A stretch of 64,000 bases of DNA from Candidatus Entotheonellaceae bacterium. Its GTDB lineage: Bacteria; Tectomicrobia; Entotheonellia; Entotheonellales; Entotheonellaceae. Made by a program: the position numbers and the translations under genes. The stretch spans positions 3,200,001 to 3,264,000 of the forward strand of contig OZ250173.1 in the NCBI GenBank assembly GCA_965238075.1, in the 5' to 3' direction. Each line of letters begins with the position of its first letter. Position 1 is the first letter of the stretch. Below, piece after piece: positions 27,996-36,901 of the stretch. The notes beneath the pieces are model-generated. The model saw only the letters and a program-made list of their open reading frames with translations, made no database searches and was not told the origin of the DNA.

Positions 27996-28784
27996 ATGGC
28001 TGCCGATTGGCGAATGATTCGCCTGCACAAGGAAGGCCTGCTCGCAATCGTTTCGCTCACCAACCCGCCGCTGAACGTGCTGCACCCGCAGATGGTGGAA
28101 GAACTGGCGGTGTGTTTCGCCGGGTTGGCCGATGACCCGGAGGTGCTGGTGGCGATTATCACCGGCGCGGGTGAGCGGGCCTTTTGCGCCGGCTTCGACA
28201 TCAAGGAATTTCCGGGCCTTCTGGTGCCGGGCCGGGCCGAAAAGCTGGCCCAGCGGCTGCACGCCAGCCTGGGCGCCATCGAGAACCTGGGCAAGCCGAC
28301 GCTGGCGGCCGTCAATGGCTTGGCTCTGGGGGGTGGCCTGGAGGTCAGCATGGCCTGCGACATGCGCATCGTGGCGGCGAATGCGCAGATGGGACAGCCG
28401 GAGATCAAGCTGGGCCTGCTACCAGGAGCCGGCGGCACGCAGCGGCTGCCGCGCCTGGTCGGCGCCGGCATCGCCAAGGAGATCATGTTCACGGGCGATC
28501 CGATCAACGCCGCGGAGGCGCACCGGATCGGCCTGGCGAATCACGCGGTGCCGGCCGGCGAGGCCCTGTCGGCCGCCAAGGAGATTGGCAAACGCTTGAC
28601 GGAACGGCCAGGGGTGGCCCTGCGTTACATTCAGCAGGCGGTGCATCGCGGCTTGGGTACCACTCTGGCCGCGGGCCTACAGATCGAGGCGGACCTGTTC
28701 GCCAAGGTGTTCCAGACTGAGGACGCGCGCGAGGGCGTGGAGGCGTTCATCGGCAAGCGGGAGCCGCGTTTTCGACATCGGTAA
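27996..28784 (+). CDS. Enoyl-CoA hydratase/isomerase
   Basis: AFCAGFDI, GGGLE and PEIKLGLLPGAGGTQRL. Confidence 0.93.
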   Translation: MAADWRMIRLHKEGLLAIVSLTNPPLNVLHPQMVEELAVCFAGLADDPEVLVAIITGAGERAFCAGFDIKEFPGLLVPGRAEKLAQRLHASLGAIENLGKPTLAAVNGLALGGGLEVSMACDMRIVAANAQMGQPEIKLGLLPGAGGTQRLPRLVGAGIAKEIMFTGDPINAAEAHRIGLANHAVPAGEALSAAKEIGKRLTERPGVALRYIQQAVHRGLGTTLAAGLQIEADLFAKVFQTEDAREGVEAFIGKREPRFRHR

Positions 28785-28814
28785 GGTTCACTGAAGGACT
28801 GGGGAGGCGACCTG

Positions 28815-30065
28815 ATGCCGCTGTTTCGCTGGGGGATTGGACTGGCGGTGACCCTGCTTGCGCTGGCCGCGGCGCTGCTGTGGTGGCCGCAGCGAGCCGG
28901 CGAAGCCCAGTTGAGCGGCGACGTGGACGCCTTTCTGGAACGCCACTGGCGTCTGCCCGTGCTGCCGCAAGGCGACCCGCCGTCCGCTTACTCCCCCATT
29001 GAAGCGTCGCTGCATCCCAAGGAATGCGCGCTCTGTCACCGCCAGCAGTTCGAGGACTGGAAAACCAGCCTGCACAGCCGCAGCATGGGGCCAGGAATAT
29101 ACGGGCAACTCCTCAACATGGAGCGCAACAATCCCGCCACCTACACGGTCTGCGCCACCTGCCACACGCCGCTCAGCGAGCAGATTCCGCATTTGAAAGA
29201 AGGCTCCGAATACCGTCCGAACGAGGCATTCGACCCGGCGTTGCAAGAAGCGGGGCTGATCTGCGCCGGCTGTCACGTGCGGCAGCACGAGCGCTTCGGG
29301 CCGCCGCGCCGGCCAGAGCTTCCGACGCCGCCCGCCGAGGTGGTGCAGCCGCACGGCGGTTTCACGGCCACGACGGCGTTCCAGCGCTCCGAGTTCTGCA
29401 AGCCGTGCCACCAATTTGCCGAGGGTGCCTTCGCCCTCAACGGCAAGCTGCTCGAGAACACCTTTGCCGAGTGGCAGGCCAGCCCGTACGCCGAGGAAGG
29501 GGTGCAGTGCCAAGGCTGCCACATGCCGGACCGCCGCCACCTGTGGCGCGGTATCCAGGACCCGGACATGGTGCGGCAGGCGATAACGGTCAGCGTCTCG
29601 CCCCTGGCATCCGCCTACCGCCCGGGCGATGCTCTGCAAGCCACCATCACCGTGACGAACAGCGGCGCCGGGCACTACCTGCCGACCTACGTGACGCCGA
29701 AGATTTTCGTGCAGGGGGACTTGCTGGACACCGCCGGCGAGGTCATCGCCGACAGCTTTCAGGAAGCCGTTATCGGGCGCGAAATCGCCCTCAACCTGTC
29801 TCGGGAAATGTACGACACGCGCATCGCGCCCAAAGCGTCGCTGGATTTCGGCTACACGATGGCGCTGCCGGAAACCGCGGCCACGCTGCGGGTGCGAATC
29901 GTGGTGCACCCCGACCATTTCTACCAGCGGTTTTTCGAGGCGGTGCTGAAGAGAGATCGCGGCAGCCTGGGGAAGGCGCATCTGGAAGCGGCGCTGGAGA
30001 AGACGGCAACGTCGTCGTTTACCGTCTTCGAGCACCACGTCCCGGTGCCGATGGCTGGGAATTGA
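28815..30065 (+). CDS. Pentaheme c-type cytochrome (c554-like N-terminus) with beta-rich C-terminal domain
   Basis: CALCH, CATCH, CAGCH, CKPCH and CQGCH; N-terminal anchor; GAGHYLPT. Confidence 0.88.
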   Translation: MPLFRWGIGLAVTLLALAAALLWWPQRAGEAQLSGDVDAFLERHWRLPVLPQGDPPSAYSPIEASLHPKECALCHRQQFEDWKTSLHSRSMGPGIYGQLLNMERNNPATYTVCATCHTPLSEQIPHLKEGSEYRPNEAFDPALQEAGLICAGCHVRQHERFGPPRRPELPTPPAEVVQPHGGFTATTAFQRSEFCKPCHQFAEGAFALNGKLLENTFAEWQASPYAEEGVQCQGCHMPDRRHLWRGIQDPDMVRQAITVSVSPLASAYRPGDALQATITVTNSGAGHYLPTYVTPKIFVQGDLLDTAGEVIADSFQEAVIGREIALNLSREMYDTRIAPKASLDFGYTMALPETAATLRVRIVVHPDHFYQRFFEAVLKRDRGSLGKAHLEAALEKTATSSFTVFEHHVPVPMAGN

Positions 30066-30084
30066 GAGACAAGGAATGGGCTTG

Positions 30085-30123
30085 CCCCCTCTCCCCTGGC
30101 GGGAGAGGGCTGGGGCGAGGGGG
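30085..30123. repeat. CCCTCTCCC..GGGAGAGGG palindromic element between convergent genes
   Basis: CCCCCTCTCCCCTGGCGGGAGAGGGCTGGGGCGAGGGGG. Confidence 0.6.
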
Positions 30124-30137
30124 AAAGCCGAAATGAT

Positions 30138-30980
30138 TTAAAGCGATTCGGCGCACCGAAAACCCATCAAAATGTGCTTCAACTCCGACGGTCGGCCGTG
30201 CCGTGCCGCCGACCGCGTGACGCCGGGGAAATCGTCCCACGACCCGCCCTTCACCACGTACCTCGGCGGCTTCGCCTTGAACAGCGTCGCCGTCCACTCG
30301 AACACCTGCCCGGCCATGTCGAGCACGCCGTAAGGGCCCTGCCCGTTCGGGTAGCTGCCCACCGGTACCGTGTCGAACGGCCCGCCATCCTCGCTATTCA
30401 GCCGCGCGGCCTCGAATGTGTCGCCCCACGGAAAGTAGCGTCCGTCGATGCCGCGCGCCGCCTTTTCCCATTCCGCCTCGCTCGGCAACCGCGTCCCGCG
30501 CCAAGCGCAATAGGCGGCGGCATCGGCGTGGCTGACCAGCACCACGGGGTGCTGCTCGCGGCCCGCTGGCGGGAGCTCGTCGCGCCACAGGAATTTGACG
30601 ACCGTAGGGTAGCCGTGGACGAGCCGGTAACCGCGCCATATCGATTCGCTGACGAACGGCACACGGTACCCGGTTGCGGCAATGAACCGTGCGTAGTCGG
30701 CATTGGTCACCAGATTGCGGTCGATGCGATAAGCAGGCAGGTCCAGGCGACGGCGGGTTTCGACCTCGAACCAGCGCTGCCGACGCGCCACGGTGCTGCC
30801 GTGCAGCGTCTCATCCAGCCGATACCCGTATTCCCGCTCCTCGGGCGTGCTGCCCATCAGAAATTCCCCCGCCGGGATGATGGCCATCGGCGGCTGGCTG
30901 GACTGCCCGGCGTGACAGGCTGCGGTTAAATGACCCGCCAGTATGAGTGCAACCCACGACAGCGCGGTTCGTAGGCGCAT
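30138..30980 (-). CDS. SUMF1/FGE-sulfatase family protein, exported
   Basis: IPAGEFLMGS, HPVVLVS, RLPSEAEWEKAARG, DMAGQVFEW and GFRC. Confidence 0.9.
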   Translation of the reverse strand: MRLRTALSWVALILAGHLTAACHAGQSSQPPMAIIPAGEFLMGSTPEEREYGYRLDETLHGSTVARRQRWFEVETRRRLDLPAYRIDRNLVTNADYARFIAATGYRVPFVSESIWRGYRLVHGYPTVVKFLWRDELPPAGREQHPVVLVSHADAAAYCAWRGTRLPSEAEWEKAARGIDGRYFPWGDTFEAARLNSEDGGPFDTVPVGSYPNGQGPYGVLDMAGQVFEWTATLFKAKPPRYVVKGGSWDDFPGVTRSAARHGRPSELKHILMGFRCAESL

Positions 30981-31023
30981 GACGTGTCCCTCTCTTTCTT
31001 TCTTCTGACCGAAGTCGTTTCCT

Positions 31024-31297
31024 TCAAACAACTCCCAACGTAAACAAAACGCAATTTTCGATCGCCTCCAGAAGTTCCCTTACTGACGTGCCCTATTCTT
31101 CTCTGAAGACGTCTCTTATCCAGCACACGTATTTGATTGACAAAGCGCGACGGCAAAGAACCTCGTCGGAGGTCTGTCGTAAACGGGAGCGTTATGACCG
31201 TCGTGGTAAAGCGACTGATCAGGTCACGTTGGAAGGTCAGAACCGGCCGCGTTCCGCCCTGTTCCGAACCGCGAATTGGATCCAGTGCCGCTAACCA
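31024..31297 (-). pseudogene. PemK/MazF toxin remnant
   Basis: LDPIRGSEQGGTRPVL..PFTT..NQIRVLDKRRL; lacks its own start, has an internal deletion and a frameshifted C-terminus (EAIENCVLFTLGVV*). Confidence 0.75.
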
Positions 31298-32138
31298 GCC
31301 CTCCACCGCCGCCACCTTGCCACGCTGTTCGCATTCCGGCATTCCTTCCACTCGACCTTTCGCTTCGCCTTCGGTCCTACCCTTCGCCTCGCCTCTGGCC
31401 AGCAGTTCCTGTGCGTACGTCACGATCTCGCCTCGTTGCTCAAGCCCATGGCGCCGCAGCGCCCCTTCGTCGCCATCAGGTACAGGATGAAGCGGCGGAG
31501 TTCATCGACCCCACCGTCCGCATGCAACGATAAAGCTCAGCGTGCCGTCAAGTCCAGTGCCGCTTCCACGTGACGGTCAAACGCTACCATCATCAGTAAC
31601 TGAGTGATACGGCCCTTGACGCCGCCCGCAACCGCTTCCGGCTCCAGAGTCGTCTGGTCCAGCAGTTCGTGCGCGAACTTTGGAACCCATGGCCAGGACC
31701 GCGCGGCTTCGGGAAACAGATCGGCAAATTCAGTCGAATGGCTCCAGCCCCTTGGCCCGTAGTAAAACACCACCAGCACGATGGGCCGCAATTCGGAGGG
31801 TTCCGGGTCGTTGCGGAGGTCGGCCTCCCAGATGCGGCAGCAATACTTCAGCAGCCGAAAACGCATCCAGGGGTCCGGCGACGATTGGTGCTCGAAGAGC
31901 AGATACAGCGACACCGGCTGCCCGGTATCGGCAAGCTCGACGCGATAGAGCAGACAGGATTGGCTCTCGCGCAGGTCGTCAACAAGGAAAGTGCCATCGA
32001 CGAAGGTCAGCGTTGGCCAGTCGAAATGGTTTCGAAGGGTGTCGGGCAGGCTGGCCTGCAGCAGGTCGGCGGCTTCACGGGGCCGGAGAAAACGGCCCGG
32101 AAGAGCTTGTCATGGGGTTGGTAGATTTCGTCGGCCAT
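31298..32138 (-). pseudogene. Rpn/YhgA-like PD-(D/E)XK nuclease, degenerate
   Basis: QPHDKLFRAVF, LLFEHQSSPDPWMRFRLLKY and TYAQELLARGEAKG; frameshift near 32080, stop at 31537. Confidence 0.82.
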
Positions 32139-32217
32139 TGCCGGGGCCTTTTGTTCTACGGTCGCGGATGGCTCCGTAAGGTTGCATATGAAAATAGAGC
32201 CCTCCGGTGCCCCAAAT

Positions 32218-32330
32218 CGTCATTTCGGGCTTGACCCGGAATCCAGCGACCTTACCTCCGGGAAACCTGGGCTCTGGCTTCCGAAGAAACGGGCTCTGAT
32301 TGACAGGTCCGCCCCTGTGCGGAGAATGAC
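32218..32330. repeat. CGTC-type palindromic repeat (degenerate pair)
   Basis: CGTCATTTCGGGCTTGACCCGGAATCCAG..GGAGAATGAC. Confidence 0.6.
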
Positions 32331-32371
32331 TTGGCGGTAATACGTTATGACCTCAAATCCAACCCCGGAAA

Positions 32372-33643
32372 CTACTCTCCCGACAGTGAGGAACTACTCC
32401 CGTCCCTTGTCATCATGGCTGCTTCGTGTTCGGCAATCCATTGCTCGGCCTCCTCTTCTGTATAGGAACCGATAATGGCACGATGGTTTTCCGGTAGTCT
32501 ACGGCGCTTCTGGTCTGGATTATCAGTATACGGCCCGAGCTTTACTCTCAGATCATTTTTCTTTTCCTGAGACAACAACTCATCAATGAGCTGTTCCATA
32601 CATGCGTCTTCTATCCCACCGTCAACCACTTTCTTCAATAGGGTAGTTTCCTTGCCTATCGACCCTCGGATTCGGTCAACAAAGGGGGTCGAATGCGTCC
32701 AGTCATGGCCCACCGCTCCTTGCAGGTTTGCTTTGTCGAGGTCAGCGCCTTGTAGGAATGTCCACCCGAACTTTGCTCCTTGTATTTTTGTTTCGAAGAG
32801 TTCCGCTCCATACATTTTGGTCCAACAAAAAACGGCACCTTGTGAACATGCTCGGCGAAGGCGCGCGACTGTCAGTTCTCCGCCCTGAATGTTGGCGCCC
32901 TGTAGCTGTGCGTACGAGAGATTGGCCCCTTGCATGTGTACTCTTTCAAGGTTGGCTTCTTGTAGGCAAGCTCTTTCAAGCCAGGCTTCTTTCAGATACG
33001 CATCTGCAAGATTTGCTCGTTGCAGGTTTGCGTCGTTGAGATTTGCCCCCTTCAGCCAACTCCCATACAAGTTGATATGAAGACCTGTGAAAATGCCATG
33101 TTTCTGTACGAACAATAGGCTTAGTAGGTTTTGTATCTCTTCGGAGGGTCGTGACAGGTGTTTCTCTTGGTATGCGCCTGCTCTTGTCGTGCGGCGGATG
33201 TCGGCACAGAGAATGTCCAGGACCGTCTGTCGCAGCGACTTGGTGTCCTGCGCCAGATGGAAGAGTTCGTAGACGCCGCCCAAGCGTATGGATTCCGAGT
33301 CATTTCCCAGGTGTTCAATGGCAATTTTCAGACGCTCCTGCCTCAGCCCCCGTTCGGTAAGCTGGTTGGTTTTTGCCTGTTCCTCCGTAGCCCTGGCCTG
33401 CGCTTTCGCGGCCTTCTCCAGCGCCTTGGCACGCCTGTTGGCGATCACGGCTTGTAGTATGAGTACGAGGCCACCTATACCGATTCCCAGGTATTTTAGG
33501 ACATCACTTTTGTTGGAAAAACCTGAAAGCTGCGAAATAATCTCAAATTCAAAGAACCAGAAGGGCTTAAAAATCGCCCCCACCAGCGCGAACGACAACA
33601 GAGCAATCAAACCGATAAGAAGCCACATCGTGAATTGGATCAT
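32372..33643 (-). CDS. Membrane-anchored pentapeptide repeat protein
   Basis: Two N-terminal TM segments; AIEHLG..IRLGGVYEL; ANLND/ANLQR/ANLAD repeats; more AT-rich than neighbours. Confidence 0.88.
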   Translation of the reverse strand: MIQFTMWLLIGLIALLSFALVGAIFKPFWFFEFEIISQLSGFSNKSDVLKYLGIGIGGLVLILQAVIANRRAKALEKAAKAQARATEEQAKTNQLTERGLRQERLKIAIEHLGNDSESIRLGGVYELFHLAQDTKSLRQTVLDILCADIRRTTRAGAYQEKHLSRPSEEIQNLLSLLFVQKHGIFTGLHINLYGSWLKGANLNDANLQRANLADAYLKEAWLERACLQEANLERVHMQGANLSYAQLQGANIQGGELTVARLRRACSQGAVFCWTKMYGAELFETKIQGAKFGWTFLQGADLDKANLQGAVGHDWTHSTPFVDRIRGSIGKETTLLKKVVDGGIEDACMEQLIDELLSQEKKNDLRVKLGPYTDNPDQKRRRLPENHRAIIGSYTEEEAEQWIAEHEAAMMTRDGSSSSLSGE

Positions 33644-33672
33644 CTTGTTGCGGCTCCGTTCAGAAGTGGAAT

Positions 33673-33702
33673 GTCGGATTACGCTGCGCTAATCCGACCT
33701 AC
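33673..33702 (-). repeat. GTAG-type REP (consensus-like copy)
   Basis: GTCGGATTACGCTGCGCTAATCCGACCTAC. Confidence 0.8.
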
Positions 33703-34874
33703 TAAGGTGCACCCGTTTCCCAGCGAACCGACTGCTGCCGCATCAAGGCGCGCTGGCCGAATTGGGTATTGGGATAGCGGTCGGCGATCTCCCCGTATTG
33801 CTGAATGATCTCCGACAGATCGCCGACCCGCTGTGCTTCATCTGCGCGCAGCGTCTTGTCGAAGGCGTCGTACGCTGCAACTTCCCGCTGCAGTGCGTCG
33901 TCTTCGGAGAACGCCCGCAGGGCGGTATCGACGGCTTGAAAACGTTCGCGGGTGGCCTCGTCAAGCTCCAGATGCCAGCGCTCCGGGAGCGTCTTCAGCA
34001 GGCGGCGCAGCACGTAGCGTTCGACGTCGCTCGTCGCCCTCTCAAAGCGCGCCAGCTTGTTCATGAAATACCATCCGTACACGTCGGCGCGGCCGGCGTC
34101 GTACTCGGCTTCCAACAGGGTCTTATCCTCGGCCCAATCGAGCGCCCGCTCAAACGCCGGCGCCGGTGCCCATTCGTGCCCGCCGTCCCAGATTTCCACC
34201 AGGTTTCGGGTGTGCAACGGCAGGCCGCGACGAATGCGGCGCGCCTCGCGGCGATTCGGGTCGCGGGCGCCAAAGAGGCCGTACACCGTGACGTGGGCGT
34301 TGCTGCGCGTTAGCACCCAGGCGCGTCCGGAATAGCCGGCCGCTTGCAGGATCAGACCCTGAAAACCGGGGCGAATGCTCGGGTAGTGGCTGCACACCCG
34401 GGCGCCGCCGGAAAAGCCGGTGCAAAACAGCATCTCCGGGTGCACGCGCACGCGCTTCAGCACGTCGTTGTACGTCGCCATGAAATTGGGATACCACAGC
34501 ACGGAGCGGTTGCGCGACTCGGCCAGCATCGCCACCACCCAGCGGTCCCGTGTGAGGCGTTCGGCCATGTGGCCCATGCGCGCCTCGCCGCCGGGTGAGG
34601 CAATGAACATGAGCGGGTACTGGCGGGCGGGCTGATCGTGGTAGTCGCTCGGGAGGTAGAGCCGGTAGTGGAAGATGCCGTCCGGCGGCCAGTCCGGCAC
34701 GTTTTGGCGCGCGCCGTACGGCGACAAGCAGGCAATCGTGGTAACCTCGCCGGCGGGCAGAACTGCTGTCAGGGGCGTCGGTTCCTCGGCCGCGAGCGGG
34801 CCGGCCAGCAGCAGGACAACAACCCATGGAAGCCACAAGAAACGTTTAGCCCAATCCACAACTCTCCCCTTCAT
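33702..34874 (-). CDS. Secreted alpha/beta hydrolase (esterase-like) with helical C-terminus
   Basis: Signal peptide; YLPSDY, GFSGG nucleophile elbow, GARD and GGHEW. Confidence 0.7.
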   Translation of the reverse strand: MKGRVVDWAKRFLWLPWVVVLLLAGPLAAEEPTPLTAVLPAGEVTTIACLSPYGARQNVPDWPPDGIFHYRLYLPSDYHDQPARQYPLMFIASPGGEARMGHMAERLTRDRWVVAMLAESRNRSVLWYPNFMATYNDVLKRVRVHPEMLFCTGFSGGARVCSHYPSIRPGFQGLILQAAGYSGRAWVLTRSNAHVTVYGLFGARDPNRREARRIRRGLPLHTRNLVEIWDGGHEWAPAPAFERALDWAEDKTLLEAEYDAGRADVYGWYFMNKLARFERATSDVERYVLRRLLKTLPERWHLELDEATRERFQAVDTALRAFSEDDALQREVAAYDAFDKTLRADEAQRVGDLSEIIQQYGEIADRYPNTQFGQRALMRQQSVRWETGAP

Positions 34875-35473
34875 CAACTCCCGGTCCGGTGCGCCAGGAG
34901 TTTTTCAACGTATTTCCCCAGCACGTCGACCTCGAGATTCACACGGCGCCCGGGCGCGTAGTGACGCACGTTGGTCACCGCCCGGGTGTGCGAGATAAAC
35001 GATATGCTGAACCAGTCCGGGCCGGTATCGACGACCGTCAGGCTCATGCCGTCGATGGCCACGTAGCCCTTGGAGACGATGTAGGGCAGCAGGTTTTCCG
35101 GCGCCCGAAACGTCGCCAGCACGCCCTCGCCGTCCGGTTGCATGGCGACGATCTCCGCGGTGCCGTCGATGTGCCCCTGCACCACGTGGCCGCCGATGCG
35201 GCCGTTGGCCGCCAGGGAGCGCTCGAGGTTCACATCGTCGCTGTTGCGCACCTCCCCGAGCGCCGTTTTGCGCAAGGTTTCGGGGGCCAATTCGACCGTA
35301 AAGCTCGTGGTGTCGTGCCGCACCACCGTCAGGCAGGCGCCGTTGATGGCGATCGAATCGCCGATCTTGACGTCGTCCAACACGACCTGAGCCCGCACCG
35401 TGCAGGTGGCGCCGCCGGGGCGCACTTCGAGGTGCGTAACCGTGCCGGTTTCTTCCACGATACCGCTGAACAT
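34874..35473 (-). CDS. ribE: Riboflavin synthase (alpha chain; ribC in E. coli nomenclature)
   Basis: MFSGIVEE, GDSIAINGACLTV, GGHVVQGHID and VNLEVD. Confidence 0.96.
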   Translation of the reverse strand: MFSGIVEETGTVTHLEVRPGGATCTVRAQVVLDDVKIGDSIAINGACLTVVRHDTTSFTVELAPETLRKTALGEVRNSDDVNLERSLAANGRIGGHVVQGHIDGTAEIVAMQPDGEGVLATFRAPENLLPYIVSKGYVAIDGMSLTVVDTGPDWFSISFISHTRAVTNVRHYAPGRRVNLEVDVLGKYVEKLLAHRTGS

Positions 35474-35509
35474 CCGTTCCTCCTCTTAACGCCCGCCCGG
35501 TGGGCATAC

Positions 35510-35551
35510 AAAAAAACTGCCACGACCCCCGGCGAACGGGCATCGTGGCAG
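35510..35551 (-). terminator. Intrinsic terminator between the lactonase gene and ribE
   Basis: CTGCCACGA..TCGTGGCAG followed by T7 on the minus strand. Confidence 0.82.
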
Positions 35552-35582
35552 CAGGGTGCCGTAACGGCTTGACGGTCGTCGC

Positions 35583-36653
35583 TTACGGCAGGTGATAGCC
35601 GCTCTTGCCGACGGTAATGCGGTAGAGGTTGTTGGCAGCGGTGATATAGAGCACGTTGCTGTTTTCGCCGCGGCCAAAGCCGACGTTGGTCGGGACCGGC
35701 GTCGGGATATAAGCCATCTCGACCCCGTCGGGGCTGTACGCATAAATGCCCGGCCGGCTGGTGTCGCGGCACGCCACCCACAGGTTGCCCTCGGTGTCCA
35801 TCACCAGGCCGTCGGGGCCGTCCTGGGGCGCGTAGTCGACCAACATCTCGCGGAATTTGGCGCTGCCGTCTTCCGCCAGATCGTAGGCCATCAACGCCAT
35901 GCGGCCCTTCACGCTGCCCTCGCCCTGATCGAGTCGGAAGAGGTCCAGCGCGCCGTTGTCGTTGCTTACCACGTACAGCGATTTCTGGTCCGGCGATACC
36001 GCCACGCCGTTGGGCTTGCCGGCGTCGGTGACCACGCGGTGCACCGAGCCGTCGGTGTCGATGCGGTACACAGCCATGGTGGCCTGCATGACCGGCTCAT
36101 GGCCGAGGTAGCGCGGGTCACTGAAATAGATGCGGCCCTTCTCGTCGACGGTAACGTCGTTCGGGGCGTTGAACGGCTGGCCGCGGAACAACCCGGCGAT
36201 GACTTCAGCCACACCCGTTTTCATGTTGGTGCGGATAATGCGGCGACCGCCGTAGTCGGCGCCTTCCGCATTTACCATGTCGCAATTGGCGTCGAATTTG
36301 ATGCCGTTGGACATGCCGCTGGGAGAACGGAACACGCTCACGTCCCCGGTGGTCGGGTTGTACATCCAGATCACCCCGGCCAGCAGCCCGCCGCGCTCCG
36401 TCTTGGAACCCGCGGTGAAGGTGATGTCGCTGAAATACACCATGCCGTCACAACTCACGGCGGCGCCTTCGGTGAACACGATGCCGTGGTCTTTGCCGTT
36501 CACCAGCATTTCCAGTCCGGCCCCGTCAACCAGGAAGCCGGGCTCACCCATCGGCATGGCGTCCTGAGCCATGGCCGTGCCACCGAATACCAGGCCGACT
36601 GCAATGAGAAGGCCCCATGTCAGTCCAATGCGTCGAATAGTCGTATGCCTCAT
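35583..36653 (-). CDS. Secreted SMP-30/gluconolactonase family protein (paralog of 2883-3965)
   Basis: FTEG, YFSDITF, APND, PNG, GPDG and PTNVGFG. Confidence 0.9.
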   Translation of the reverse strand: MRHTTIRRIGLTWGLLIAVGLVFGGTAMAQDAMPMGEPGFLVDGAGLEMLVNGKDHGIVFTEGAAVSCDGMVYFSDITFTAGSKTERGGLLAGVIWMYNPTTGDVSVFRSPSGMSNGIKFDANCDMVNAEGADYGGRRIIRTNMKTGVAEVIAGLFRGQPFNAPNDVTVDEKGRIYFSDPRYLGHEPVMQATMAVYRIDTDGSVHRVVTDAGKPNGVAVSPDQKSLYVVSNDNGALDLFRLDQGEGSVKGRMALMAYDLAEDGSAKFREMLVDYAPQDGPDGLVMDTEGNLWVACRDTSRPGIYAYSPDGVEMAYIPTPVPTNVGFGRGENSNVLYITAANNLYRITVGKSGYHLP

Positions 36654-36901
36654 GCAAAGCTCCTTTTTGCTGAGTAAAATGCCACAACTTGCCAGCCTGA
36701 CCCCTCACCGCGACAGGGCGGCGGCATTGTTGTCACCATATATCAAATCACTCACGAGGGAAAGAAAAAGCAACCTCGCGGCCGAGGGATGGGCCGCCCG
36801 GGTGGTATGAACCTGCACGACGGTGTGATAGAATAGCCAGACGTTTTTTTTGACAATTCGTGAATAGGCAATTGGGGACGCAAGTCCTAATAAGGCGGAA
36901 C

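Noticed and set aside
31537-31539. Second selenocysteine candidate (TGA in Rpn)
   Set aside because: Not at a Cys column, no SECIS-like hairpin, and the gene has other lesions
35474-35582. FMN riboswitch before ribE
   Set aside because: Too short and lacks RFN conserved motifs
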